Source: Squalus acanthias (lineage: Eukaryota). From it: a stretch of DNA of 64,000 bases. Below, piece by piece: positions 9,134-21,833 of this stretch (positions are counted from its first letter, which is position 1; each line of letters starts with the position of its first letter). The DNA lies in the NCBI GenBank assembly GCA_030390025.1, contig CM059432.1, forward strand, positions 90,770,001 to 90,834,000, read 5' to 3'. The position numbers and the translations under genes were made by a program. A model generated the notes under the pieces. The model saw only the letters and a list, made by a program, of their open reading frames with translations, made no database searches and had not been told where the DNA came from.

Positions 9134-11094
9134 GGGGGGAAAATTTGGTTATTTTGCACCTCCCGTTAGCGCCCTAAGAGGGCGCTAATGGGACGCAAAG
9201 CAACGAGCACCCGGGCGTGGCGATGTTTGCGCCACTCACGAAATTGACCAGACATTTTGCGGCGGTGCTAAACACTACCGCCACGATCGCCTGCGCCTGC
9301 AGATCGTGACGTCAGTCGAGCGTGCAATGCCCCGGAGCGCAAGGACCGGATATTGAGTGGTGCCCCCTGCTTTACCGCCTGCTGCTAGCAACGACAGGTT
9401 GAGGGGAGCGTTTTGCAGTCGGGAAGGGACTGGAGGAACGCTATTTAAAGGCGACCGCTTCCTGCCTTTTTTTGTCAGCGACATTTTTGCACCACGCATT
9501 CTGTGAGAGAGAGAGAGAGAGACTTCTGGAGAGATTCAATGCTGTGTGAAGGAGTTTTGGGTACTGAGCAGCACTTTGCAGGTTCAATTTGATTTGACCT
9601 TCCTTGCATCGATTTAGAAGAGACTTGGGGGCTGCACTCTGAGCTCTTTCCCTGGGCCTCTCCATTGTTCTTTCCAGCAGATTTGATGTACAGGTCTCTC
9701 CAGGCCGAGATTCAAGGCTGCAATGAGCCGGGTGTGGATGGAGAGCAAGATCAACCCTCCCCTTTAAGAACTGGCCAGCGCCATTGTGTCTGTGTTCCAT
9801 TGCTGAGTGACATAGTCATAGAGTCATAGAGTTATACAGCACAGAAAGAGGCCCTTCGTCCCATCGTGTCCACGCCGGCCATCAAGCCCTATCTATTCTA
9901 ATCCCATTTTCCAGCACTTGGTCCGTAGCCTTATATGCTATGGCGTTTCAAGTGCTCATCTAAATGCTTCTTGAATGTTGTGAGGGTTCCTGCCTCTACC
10001 ACCCTTTCAGGCAGTGAGTTCCAGAAATCCAACCACCCTCTGGGTGAAAAAGTTTTTCCCTCAAATCCCCTCTAAACCTCCTGCCCCTTACCTTGAAACT
10101 ATGCCCCCTGGTTATTGACCCCTCGACTAAGGGGAAAAGTTCCTTTCTCTCTACCCTATCTATGCCCCTCATAATTTTGTACACCTCAATCAGGTCCCCC
10201 CTCAGCCTTCTCTGCTCTAAGGAAAACAACCCCAGCCTGTCCAGTCTCTCCTCATAGCTGAAGCGCTCCAGCCCAGGTAACATCCTGGTGAATCTCCTCT
10301 GCACCCTCTCCAATGCAATCACATCCTTCCTATAGTGTGGCGACCAGAACTGCACACAGTATTCCAGCTGTGGCCTAACTAGCGTTTTGTACAGCTCCAT
10401 CATAACCTCCCTGCTCTTATATTCTATGCCTCGGCTAATGAAGGCAAGTATCCCATATGCCTTTTTAACCACCTTATCTACCTGTCCTGCTGCCTTCAGG
10501 GATCTATGTACATGCACACCAAGGTCCCTCTGATCCTCTGTCCTTCCTAGGGTCCTACCATTCATTGTGCATTCCCTTGCCTTGTTAGTCCTCCAAAAAT
10601 GCATCACCTCACACTTTTCAGGGTTAAATTCCATTTGCCACTGTTCTGCCCATCTGACCAACCCGTCTATATCGTCCTGTAGCCTGAGGCTTCCCTCCTC
10701 GCTATACTCCACCAATTTTCGTGTCATCTGCGAACTTACTGATCATACCTCCTACATTCATATCTAAATCATTAATGTACACTACAAACAGCAAAGTACC
10801 CAGCACTGATCCCTGTGGTACACCACTGGACACAGGCTTCCAGTCACAAAAACAACCTTCGACCATTATCCTCTGCCTCATCACATGAGCTTCGCCAGCG
10901 CTCTGAGGTAGTGCCTCGCTCCTCGGCGTTAGCGCCTTAAGAGAGGTGTGTAGCACCTGATTTAGCGCTCCAATCACCTCTCGGGGCTATAGAAGCCAAA
11001 TTTGCAGTCGGAGGCAATAATTAGCGCCAGGCACTAAACTTTGCGCCCGGCCGATAATTGCGCCCCAAACAGGGCGATACCGAATTTCTCCCCC
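9134..11094. mobile_element. PIF/Harbinger MITE (TAGCGCC family), interrupted by a CR1
   Basis: TIRs GGGGGGAAAATT / AATTTCTCCCCC; TSD AAG; homologous to the uninterrupted copy at 25641-26530. Confidence 0.85.
9814..10877 (-). mobile_element. 5'-truncated CR1 LINE (RT C-terminus and tail)
   Basis: ORFs 10702-10977 and 9996-10727 (GVPQGSVLG, FADD, VRPQLEYCVQFW); (CTCTATGA)n-type tail. Confidence 0.9.
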
Positions 11095-11162
11095 AAGAAG
11101 TCTTATTGCAATTATTATAGGGTCTTGGTGAGACCACACCTGGAGTACTGTGTACAGTTTTG

Positions 11163-11802
11163 GGGGGGGGAAAATTGGGTTGCTTTGCGTCTCCTGTTAC
11201 ACAAAGCCCCGGACGCGGTGCCGCTAATGCCTCGCGTGAAATTCAGCGTGAGGTTAGCGGCAGCAGTAACCGGTAGCGCCCTGCGGCGATGACGTCATCG
11301 GTGTGCGCCGCGCCCGGCTGCAAGCTTCAGTTGCGCCCCCTGACCTATCGCTGGATGATATGTCCGACAGGGTCAGGGTGGCGCTTCTGCAGCCGTGGCA
11401 GTGCAATTTAAAGGGCAGGTGTCGGGCGGCCATTTCTTTTTTGGCCGCCTGCCAGCACCTGCCCCCTTCCCCATTTTTTTCCTCTTGAGTGCTGGGCTGC
11501 TTTCCCAGCACCCCGCTCCCTGGTGCATGCAGCGCTAGGCCCCTCCCCTCTAATCAGGGGAGGGAGGCCTGCAATACCGCGGCGCTACATGCCGACGCGC
11601 GTGGTTTTGTTGCACGTAGCGCCGCGATATTCACTTGTAGCGCCCCAGGAAGGAGGGGGAGCGCTTCCAGTAGCGCCCCGCCTCCTGCTTGGTGCGCTAC
11701 CACTGAATTTACGGCGCTGGGGTGCTAACTTTTTTGGGGCGCTAGAAGTAGCGCCCCAGCGAAGTTAGCATCCCAAAGGGGGCGTCACCGAATTTTTCCT
11801 CC
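11163..11802. mobile_element. PIF/Harbinger MITE (TAGCGCC family)
   Basis: TIRs GGGGGGAAAATT / AATTTTTCCTCC; TSD TTG. Confidence 0.8.
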
Positions 11803-12189
11803 TTGGTCTCCTTACCTAAGGAAGGATATACTTGCCTTAGAGGGAGTGCAACAAAGGTTCAATAGATTGATTCCTGGGATGAGAGGGTTGGCCATTTAGC
11901 ACTGAGATAAGGAGAAATTTCTTCACTTAGAGGGTTGTGAATCTTTGGAATTCTGTACCCCAGAGGGCTGTGGATGCTCAGTTGTTGAATATATTCAAGA
12001 CAGAGATAGATAGATTTTTGGATACTAAGGACACCAAGGGATATGGAGATAGTGCGGGAAAGTGGAGTTGAGGTCGAAGATCAGCCATTATCTTATTGAA
12101 TGGCGGAGTAGGTTCGAAGGGCCTACTCCTGCTCCTATATCTTATGTTCTTATGGTGCTTACCCTGAATGACTAACTTATAAGTGCTCT

Positions 12190-14330
12190 TGCCTACTCTG
12201 GTGAGTCCACGCAATACAACTCGAGTGGCAGCAGCACGCGAGATGGATGCCTGCTGAGATTCTGAAGAGGGAAGTTCAGATGTCCTCCTGCGACGCTATC
12301 GAGAGGCTGTGAGCTATGATGGCCCCGCCTCAGACTACACCATCTCAGCATGGGCTTCAGCAGTCTAGGCCGCCTGGCTGATAAGCAACTGCAAGGTCAA
12401 TGGTGGAGTGGCGGGGGAGGGAGCAGGAATTCTGCCATCCGGAAATAGGACAGTAGGTTCCTGATCCAAGATTACCACACCATTACCTCAGGGCATCTGT
12501 TCAGCCCATCCAGTGATCTGCTGGAGGACAGACCTGTGGTCATCGGAGACAATCTGCAAGCCCCTTTCAACCGAGGAGCCCAGAGCCACCATGGCATCTG
12601 CCTGAGTTTCCATTGCTGCACTTGGCCATTCCATGGAAGATGCAAGTAGTGCAATGAAGCTGTTTAGGTTTCCATTGCAGCACTTTGTCGTTCCATGCAA
12701 GCTGTTTGGTGTTCCATGGAAGCTGTTTGCCAGTCCACGGATGCTGCAATGACTGCAGTGGAAGCTGCGACCTCAGTCAGTGGACTCTGCATGATGTCGG
12801 GCTCCACAGGTTGCTGGAAGCAATTAGCCAGTTTCTCCATGTTGGAGAGGATGGGTTCCAGGCTCTGCATTAAGCCACAGGCCAAGCTGGAGGCGGTCGC
12901 CTCCATCCGTCTAACCACGATCCGTAAGCATTCAGGCAGGCTGTCCATTACACCCAGCATTTGGCTTGTCAACCCCATCAGCCTTCTCCTGAAGCTTGGC
13001 TCTCATCTGACTGCTCTACAGCAGAACTAGAATGCGATCTTGCCCCATGGCAAGGTGTCACCTGTGGTGTCCCACCCAATGTGGCTGCTGCCCACTCGTG
13101 CCCGGTGAGTCCCACTATGAGGATCCCTCTTCTACCCTAGCCTCTAAGCTATGCATGGTGCCGGTCTCCGAGCTGGTGCCTGCGATAATGGTAGCGATTG
13201 ATGCAGTGCCATCTTCCTCGCTCTCTTCCTCCTCCTCCTCCTCTGGGGGGGCAAGGTGGCTCTTCTGCCTCTTCCAGTTCCTCCGGGGGTGAGGTGGATC
13301 TTGCTCCCAATGATAAAGCTAAAAGGGTTAGTGTGCAGGATGTGTGGCCACTATAGGAGGTTGTGTGTGATGACACCATATGGAGCTTGGGAGTGAGAAT
13401 AGGTTTGGGGGATTAGGGATCAGGAATAGTTGTGGATCTGTAAGGAAGCTGGAGTGGCCACATACCTCTAGGCGATCTTCCCTCTGCTCTCCCCTCCCGA
13501 TCACTGCCAGCAGTGCCTCCTCAAGGGGAGTAATATCATGCAGTCATGCTTCTCCTACCCCTGGTGCATGTTATGTGCTACCTTGTCCTGGAAGAAAAAG
13601 AGTGGTGATTGTGAATGAGCGTATTAGCAGATGTGTTTGGTGATGCTTCACATGGTTGAAGAGCTGTGAGATATGTCTGAAGTGTGAGTAGTGCCTGTGA
13701 AGGATGCAATAGTGTGTGTGGGCTGTGTGAATGTCAGTGTATAGTTAGATGGTGGATGCAGTATGTTGCAGTTGTGATGCTGGAGGTGGTGCAGTTATTA
13801 AGCAGTGGGTTTGTGAGATGGACTCTTACCTTGACCACTCGTGTCAAGTCGTTAAATTTCTTGCAGAAACTGGGACCATGTCCTGGAGCCAGGGCTCCTG
13901 GCTGTTACATCCTGGGCGATCTCCCCCCCACATCCACCACATTAGCTGCTTCTGTGGCCTACTTCCCCCCCCCGGCGTACAGGAGATCCCTCCTCTACCT
14001 CTAGTGCCGCATCCGAGAACCTGTGCTTCCTCTCCCTCTGGCCCTGAGACATCCTGAAACGTTCCGTTGTGTCAGCCAGCACACTCCACAACTTCAGTGG
14101 AAGTGGGTGTGTGAAGGCTACATATACCACTCCAGGAAAATTGCTTCTAATCACTGCTCGAGTGCTAATCGTGCAGGTGTCCACTTTAGCACCTCCAGGC
14201 ACGTTTAAATCATGTTACTTATCAATTAACCCCAAAATTGCGGGCTAGAACCACACCTTCAAACAGGTGTTTCTTATTAGCACAGCAACAACTCAGCGCC
14301 TGTTTTCACCCTTTCAACAAAATAACCCCC
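12190..14330 (-). mobile_element. Harbinger derivative carrying a decayed multi-exon Myb/SANT-like gene and no transposase
   Basis: TIR AAAATAACCCCC at 14330; ATG at 14052 (MSQGQRERKHRFSDAALE), donor GTCAAG|GTAAG near 13830, exon 2 DKVAHN near 13587, acidic then helical last exon; left end not found. Confidence 0.75.
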
Positions 14331-14416
14331 TAAGATTGGCGTCACCTAACCACTACTTTATTTAGTATTTCTCCTACTATTTTCAACCTTGTTACTGTGC
14401 TGCACTATGGAACGTT

Positions 14417-14832
14417 GGGGGGAAAATTAGTTAGCGACCATTTTGGGTCGCTAGCATCGACGCCCGGCGAAAAAGACGCAACGGGCCGCGACAAGATTTT
14501 TTTCCCCCGCCCACCACCTCGCCTTTAGTTATCGCCCTGCGAGCCTCCTGCCTCTCCGTTCCCGTCCCCTGATTTGGTCTCTGTCATCGCCTGGCGCAGA
14601 TTCAAGGGGTGCGAGCCAATTATGCAGGCGGGGTGAAAACGGGGCGCTGCGCAGTGATGACGTCGTCATCGCCAGCGGAGCGGGGCGCTACCGGTTACCG
14701 CCACTTCTAAACTCCCGCTGAATTTAGCGGGAGTCGTTAGTGGTGTCGAGCCCAGGCAAAAAGGCCATTTGTGCCCCGATAGCGCCCCTGGGGGCCCTAA
14801 CGAGAGACATAAATGCACCAAATTTCTAGCCC
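14417..14832. mobile_element. Short PIF/Harbinger MITE (TAGCGCC family)
   Basis: TIRs GGGGGGAAAATT / AATTTCTAGCCC; GC-rich subterminal repeats. Confidence 0.75.
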
Positions 14833-15033
14833 TTTGCCCTTCTCATAGGCTTCTCAATTTAAAAAAAACATAAAATTCAAATTTTGCCATTTTGGTTGAT
14901 TCTCAAATATCAAATTTTATCCACTTTGGACTACCTGTTTTATCAGCTTGCCCTGCTTACAGCCTGAGAAAGGAAACATGGTGATCTGCACCTCAAATTT
15001 GCTGGAATTCGAGTGAGGGAGAACTTTGGATTA

Positions 15034-15480
15034 TAAGAACGTAAGAAATAAGAGCAAGAGTAGGCCATACGGCCCTTCAAGCCTGCTCCATCATTCAATA
15101 ACATCATGGCTGATCTTCTACCTCAACTCCACTTTTCCGCCCTATCCCCATATCCCTTGACTCCCTTAGTGCCCAAGAATCTATCGATCTCAGTACTGAA
15201 TATACTCAACGACTGAACCTCCACAGCCCTCTGGGGTAGAGAATTCCAAAGATTCACCACCCTCTGAGTGAAGAAATTTCTCATCTTAGTCCTAAAAGGC
15301 TGACCCCTTATCGTGAGACTATGTCCCCTAGTTCCAGTATCTCCAGCCAGGGGAAACAGCCTCTCAGCATCTACCCTGTCAAGCCCGCTAAGAATTTTAT
15401 ACATTTCAATGAGATCACCTCTCATTCTTCTAAACTCCAGAGAATATAGGTCCATTCTACTCAATCTCTCATAGGAATCA
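15034..15480 (-). mobile_element. CR1 LINE 3' fragment
   Basis: ORF 15123-15464 (LEFRRMRGDLIE...NFFTQRVVNLWN) plus tail. Confidence 0.9.
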
Positions 15481-15732
15481 ATCTAGTGAACCTATAGACC
15501 TCAACAAAAGTTCTCAAACCTTGTTGGTTGATATCCTTTTTCCTAATTGGAACAGTGGATGATGATATGCCTGTTCTTGATATTCTAAGGAGTCCACCAC
15601 AACCAGCAGATTAAAATTTTAGCTTTTTTAATATGTTAATTTTTTAATTGTCAAAACTAATTCCTGAACAACCCAGAATTTCCATCCCTAATATATAGTA
15701 TGGAGGATTGTGTTCCAAACAAACTAATCCAT

Positions 15733-16092
15733 TCTGAAATAAAAACAGAAAATACTGGAAATACTCAACAGGCCAGGCAGCATCTATAGAGAGAGTTAAC
15801 GTTTCAGGTCGATGATCCTTCGTCAGAACTGCTCGATGGCTTGATGTTTGGTAGTGGGGGAGATAGGAGGAGGTGTCAGAGAGTTGGTGTTCAGCTTCCG
15901 CTAGGTAGAGGTCGGTTTGCCAAACAACAACAGCGCCACCCTTGTTAGCAGGTTTAATGACAATGTTGGGGTTGGATCTGAGAGAATGGAGTGCTGCAAG
16001 TTCAGAGGGAGTTAGGTTGGAGTGAGTGAGGGGAGCAGTGAAATTGAGACAGCTGATATCACGCCGGCAGTTTACAATGAAAAGATCTAGAG
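15733..16092 (-). mobile_element. Internally deleted Penelope element (ORF N-terminal piece joined to the pLTR)
   Basis: NLTPSELAALHSLRSNPNIVIKPANKGGAVVV (KPADKG region of Penelope RT) directly followed by the pLTR. Confidence 0.85.
15794..15830 (-). ncRNA. Minimal hammerhead ribozyme motif
   Basis: Minus strand AGTT-CTGACGA-A-GGATC ATC GACCT-GAAA-CGTT-AACT; stem II has a mismatch. Confidence 0.65.
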
Positions 16093-17354
16093 AGGTTAAG
16101 TTGCTTTTGTAATCCATTCTGATCGCTTCTATGGTGATCAAAGGTTAATACTGTAAGTAGTTTCCTTAATTCATTGCACATTATTAGAAAAGTAACAATA
16201 TAGTTAAGAAACTCTTTTTCTTATAAGAAGGGAGAAAAAGAAAAATAGCTTTAATATCATGAGATAAGCAAACTGGTATAATTGCTGCATATAAAACAAG
16301 ATTGATTTTTCTCCAAATCTATGTGATATTGATTTAATAGATTATATATGTAAACACTTGAAGCATTCCATTTTACTCAAATTATATACATGCAAATTGC
16401 TATTAATGAGCTATAATACATTGTTAAAGCACGTTCCAGGGCCAGATCTACTAAATCATTTTATGCATATTAAAAAGCTGTTTGAGGAAAATGCAAACTA
16501 TATGAGCTATCAACTAAAAACCTGTAATGGAAATAATTGCACTATTTCAATCCCTACTATCTATAGTAGCAGTTAAAAGTTGTCAAAGAATGTGCAGCTG
16601 GGAAACTGGAAATTGTAATAATTTGCAGTATCGATTGTTTGAGACCGTGCAGCTGGGGCCCCTGGTGGAAAGGCAGAAATAGACACTTTATTGATTAAAT
16701 TTTACAGCCATACTTTCAAGACATCATTTTTACCTCTCATCTTTGTGCTACTGTGCCATGACAGTACTTTTCTTTGTTTCAAGTAACTCACTTCTTGTCT
16801 ACCCAAGGGGAAAGAGTACAGACCTATCTCCATTACATTTCCTTCAGTAACAGTCCTTTGAGACAATTGTTTCAGATATGCATACGCATGTTTCAGCTTT
16901 TCTTAAACAATTTGTTGTTATAAGAAGATTGTTTCAGAATTGACTTATTATTGTAACTTAAAAACAACTAAGTTTTTTTGTAACTTATTAATTGCATTGC
17001 TGCTCAAAAAGGCAAAATATGCCTAATTGATATTTAACACTTAACGATTTCATTAGTCAATATTCACTGAAAGCATATTTTAAAAAGAACAGACCTGGTG
17101 ATTTATTAACATTTACACCTGGATCTTCCTGCACAAAGTAATGTTGCCATTGATTTACCGCTGATTGCAGTATATTACCACTACCAATAATTCAACGCGT
17201 ATGGCAGTTACTATTGCTTTGCATTTTCCAAGGGGAAAGAGTACAGACCTGTAATAATCTGTTAATATTAAACCCAGTTTTAATAGAATAACATATGTTG
17301 ACAAAAATGACAATTGAGACAATTATTGGGAATAGATCTCATACGTCAAGTCAT

Positions 17355-18420
17355 AAAATTTTACAGCACAGAGGGAAACCATTCAGCAAATTGTGCCTGT
17401 GCCAGCTCTCTGACTTCCTTTTTCAAAGCTGTTATGGAATCTGCTTCTACCACAGCTGTCCTAAAAACCCTCTGTGTAAAATATATCTCCAAACTCTACC
17501 TTTGTTCTTGGATGATATTGGCCCAAAAATTCGTGAGGAAGCCTTCGTGCGAGGGTAAGGCTTCCCCGCGATCTCTCACTGCGCGTTGGCTTTTTCAGTT
17601 CCAGCTCGCACGAACTTGATGTTCTGGACAGCTGCTGTGCTGGGCTTGCGTATCCCACAGGCGTAGTTAATTCGTGCGAGCTGTGGGATCACGTGACTCA
17701 GTTAGAGCCAATGGCAGCACACCATCTTCCATTCATAACTTTCACATAAGTGCTGTGAAAGCTATGAATACTATAGCCCCCCAAAAGAACAGCTAAACCT
17801 CAATTAAATAAAAAAAAACCATCACATTAATAAAATAAGTATAGTTAAATAAATTAACCATTTTAAATAAAAAATTAAATTTTTGAAAAAATTTAAAATC
17901 TTTTAAAAAGTTATAAAAATAAACTTACCTGTCTTTAAAGTCTCTAAAAAAGATATACCTGTTAAAAAAAATTCAAAATAATACTTAATTCACTACTTAC
18001 CTTGTTAAAAGTGGGTCTTACTCCTCCTTTTTTTATGTGTAAAATCTTCCATACTTACCTGCGCGTTGAAACCACTAAGTGCACTGCGTGCGCGCAGCCT
18101 GTAGCGCGCACGCGGTTCACCTAGGAACCGCCCCCTTTTCCATTCACCAAGTGCCGGTTTTCAGCGCATGCGCAGTGCATGCAGAAAACCGGCAATTGGA
18201 GACAGAATACGCGAGAGTACACAGTGCGTACTCTCGCGTATCAACACAAATTTTTGGGCCATTAAATTTTTGCCTTCTAGTTACTGACTCACCAACCAGT
18301 GAAATATTTTTCCCTCTTTACCTTATCAAAACCACTCATAATTTTGAACATCTCCATTAGATTTTCTCTGTTCTAATGAAAAGAGTGTCAGTTTCTCTAA
18401 TCTTTCCTCATAACTAAAGC
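17355..18420 (-). mobile_element. Highly decayed CR1 3' fragment split by a MITE
   Basis: tacagcacagagggaaaccattcagc tail-like sequence and tctctgttctaatgaaaagag RT-end-like sequence flank the MITE. Confidence 0.55.
17520..18260. mobile_element. MITE with GGCCC TIR and AWT target
   Basis: TIRs GGCCCAAAAATT / AATTTTTGGGCC; perfect TSD ATT. Confidence 0.85.
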
Positions 18421-18464
18421 CGAGAACATGTCTTATAGCATAATCCAAAGAGGATTTTTACAGT

Positions 18465-18950
18465 AATAGCATGTTGCTGCATAATATTGCAACAGCTGGA
18501 TAATCAGGAGATGGGAGAACCAGGAGTTGCTTGAGGAGGAAGAGGAGCCTCCAGAAAGACACCAAAGCAATGAGGTACCAATTTGGAGAAATCTCATCCT
18601 GGACATGTTTCCTAAATGTTATACTACATCAAACCGCCATGCCGTTCCTCACTTTTAATCTTCCACTACAATAAAATGGCCCTTTAGCATCTGAAAAGGA
18701 TACATCCACACTATTTACCACCATCTACCAGCCTCATTTGCACCCTGCCAGCCAGCTGCCTGCCCGAAACAGGTTTTAAGTGGCAACTGGCTGGCTTTGG
18801 GGCAGATCAAAATTGCTGGGCCTGGAAGCCACCTACCTGCACCAAGGTAAGTAGGGAGGTGAAATCAGCATGTTTTGCAGGTGGGAAGGGAGGGTAGCCT
18901 AGGGTATCAGAGGTCCAGACATTCCTTGTGGGGCCGGAGGTACAGATCAC
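18465..18950 (+). mobile_element. Decayed Harbinger remnant (transposase C-terminus-like)
   Basis: ctgcataatattgca (LHNIA) followed by an acidic stretch, as in the transposase end at 22717-22974. Confidence 0.45.
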
Positions 18951-19230
18951 AGATGACAAAGGGGAATCCAGTAAGGATGGTGCACCTCGATGGGGGTACA
19001 TATAATGAAAGTGACTGAATACATTATTAACTCTGAAATATTTTGAAAACTAAAGCTGGAAAACAAGCTCTTAGCTTTTTTTAAAGTTTGGGGTAAGAGA
19101 AATGGTGGGGGAGAAGAAATGGGTGAGGGAAAGAGAGGAATAGGAATGTGAGATATTGAAGGCATGGGGTATGGGTGAGGCAAGAGGGAAGTAGTAAGGA
19201 GAAAAGGGTAGGGGTGATGTGGAGTGAGTA

Positions 19231-19473
19231 GGGTTTAATTTGTGGGAATGATTGGAAAGGGAGAGGGATCTTATTCCATTTATTTTTAATCTTCATGTTA
19301 TACTGCCAGATTTTCTTCTACACTGTTTTAAGGTTTAATTTGTGGGAATGATTGGAAAGGGAGAGGGCTGGGCGGGAGATGTTTTCCTCCTTGTTGTAAT
19401 TTAACTTCTGCATCTTATTCCATTTATTTTTAATCTTCATGTTATACTGCCAGATTTTATTCTACACTGTTTT
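19231..19473. repeat. Imperfect tandem duplication (about 100-bp unit; second unit about 43 bp longer)
   Basis: ggtttaatttgtgggaatgattggaaagggagaggg...atcttattcc...ctacactgtttta occurs twice. Confidence 0.9.
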
Positions 19474-19699
19474 AGGGTTTACTATCATTACACTGTTTGG
19501 GAATATTGATACAAAACTTTTCCATACTGTATAGCTCTTGACTGTCTGGGTGGACTTTCAACTTCAGCAGGGGTGTAAATCTGGCAGTTTCGGGTCTGCC
19601 ACTCGTTATACACTCTGTCCGATTTTCCTTTCTAGGCCTGTATAGGACGAAAAGGTTCAAGTTCTGGAGCATTGAAGCAAGTTGTGGAGCAATCAAAGA

Positions 19700-20575
19700 A
19701 ATACACCAAAAAGTGACCTTCAGCTGAATCGAAATGGCACCAATGTTCTTACAGATAAAGTAAATAGAGTGGAGATGGATTCAAACTAATTTGACTGGCG
19801 TGAGGAAAGTCTAGGCCTGAACAACATAGATAGGTGCAATATAATAGAAAAGGATAAGGGTGCTGGACTGGAAAAAGACAAATTCAGCAAGATAAGAAGG
19901 GATCTGGCCCAAATTAATTGGCAGAAAAGTGAGCAAATAGGTTGACAGATTAGCAGGTGGAAATCTTCAAATATGAGATAGATAGATCCCCAAGGGTTCA
20001 AATACATATTTCCCTGAAAATGTGGGTTACTCTATGCACCTATTTATGAAATCCAAAACATAATTGGAACAAAAGGTTTTAAAACTGTAAAGAGTGTACA
20101 GCTTAGATTCACCAGCACGATGCCAGGAATGGGAATCGAGAGTTAAGATGTGAAACTCAAGATACTGGGATTATTGTCACTGGAACAGGGAGGGCTAAGT
20201 GGAGATTTAATAGAGTTTTTTAAAATGATGAAGAGTTTTGATCGAGTGAATAGGGAAAGACTATTTCCTCTGGTTCTGAAGTCAGTGCCAAGGAGTCATC
20301 AATTTAAAATTGGCATTAAGGAAGTGAGCAATGACGATAGGAGAAACCTCTTTTCGCAGCAGGTTGTTGGAGCATAGAATGCATTGCCATAGGGAGTAGT
20401 TCAACAGTGCACCTTTCAAGGGAAAACTGGATAAATATTAGTAGCAGGGGATGATACAGGGCTATTTGAAGAGAGCAGGGCAGTGGAATTAGATTTGAAT
20501 TGCTCTAGCAAACAGCTCGCACACACATGATGGGACGAATAGCCTCCTGTGTGCTACAAACTTCTATGGATCTAT
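19700..20575 (+). mobile_element. Decayed CR1 fragments
   Basis: ORF 20150-20377 (LLSLEQGGLSGDLIEFFK) and a tail-like end. Confidence 0.7.
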
Positions 20576-20704
20576 TGACACCATTCCTCCAATTGTGCTC
20601 ATGCTTCCATAGAACTCTGCAGTCCCCATCACAACATCTAACCATACTTGGTTAAACAGTATTTTTGCTCATGTCTGAAATGGTTATTTTTGTTGTTTAC
20701 CCAG

Positions 20705-20858
20705 ACAAATAGAAGAGGAGCTGAAAAATGAACTGAATGTGAAAAAACAACAGCAGCAACAGAATTTCCAGGAAATCCTGAAGCATCAACAAGGTAGTCA
20801 GAAGACAGAGTTGGAACTGGCCATTGCCAAAGATCAGATCCAAACTCTGCAGCAACAG
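20705..20858 (+). CDS. Host gene exon, coiled-coil protein (xQIEEELKNELNVKKQQQQQNFQEILKHQQGSQKTELELAIAKDQIQTLQQQ)
   Basis: ttgttgtttacccAG acceptor, CAG|GTACT donor, open frame, E/Q/K/L heptad character, non-repeat context. Confidence 0.8.
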
Positions 20859-21279
20859 GTACTAGATCGTCAAAGTTGATTGTCAAATTTTTACACTGCA
20901 AAGAAAACAAATCAATACAAGTAAACACAAGCTTATCTATTTCTTCAGACCTAATCTGGAGTCAAGCCTACTTTTTGTAATCTAGTTTTGGTGATTCTGT
21001 CATTAATTTTTATCTGTTGCTACCTAGAGACACTAAAAATTCAGATCAGTACATTGATTTAACCTATTAAAGGAGAGCTTATTAACAATTATATCAAACC
21101 TATAATATGCAAGGTAAACGATAAGCGATAAAATTATAGGCCAGTTAGTTTTGCTTTGGTTGTGGGTAAACTTCTGGATTCCAAAATAGGGGATGAAATT
21201 AGTAAACACTTAGAAAGGCATGGGCTAAGCAGGGACAGTCAGCATGGAACTATGAAGGGCAGGTTGTGCTCGACTAATG

Positions 21280-21833
21280 GGGGCGTAAGTGCTCAGATAG
21301 ACCCGCTTGGGACCTTCACCACTCATCCTGCCAAAGTTCACAGGTTGGGAGAAGTCCTTTAATGTGGCTGCAAATGGAGTATGCCCAGGCCACTTGGGCT
21401 GCATCTAGGACACCTCACATTGTAAACATGCTGGAAAGTACAACAAAGGTGGTCCAGCAGGGGATTTTCCTCCCCGCCTTCCCCACCCACTGCCCCCCCC
21501 CGCCCAACCGAAACAAGAGCACTGCCCCTAGCGGCTCCAAGGAGGGACAACTTTAACATTTTTTTTTAAATGCAACCTTGAGAGTCCAGATCTCGACCAC
21601 AGCAAGGATTCCCAAGTGGTACATGTTGGCTGTGTTTGGGGCAGACAGAGGCTCTGAGGATGAACTTGGTCTTGGGCGACAGCACAAAACGGGAGATAGC
21701 GAATCGGAAGACCTCTTTAATCTCCATCCAATTTTTTCCCCATTGAAGTGAATTGAAAAGAAATCGGGCAGTGTGTGAAAAGGGATGCTGATTCACAATT
21801 GCCCATTTTGTGCTACCGCCCAATTTTACTCCC
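21280..21833. mobile_element. Decayed Harbinger-type MITE
   Basis: Termini GGGGCGTAAG / AATTTTACTCCC; TSD ATG. Confidence 0.6.

Larger units (their letters stand above)
3563..12152 (+). mobile_element. Old CR1 LINE (ORF2 remnant plus 3' tail) fragmented by nested insertions
   Basis: Pieces 3563-4015, 4781-5043, 8678-9133, 11095-11162 and 11803-12152 give colinear CR1 RT motifs (KSPGPD, QHGF, YLDFQKAFD, FAND, VRPHLEYCVQFW) and end in the (TTCTTATG)n tail. Confidence 0.85.
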
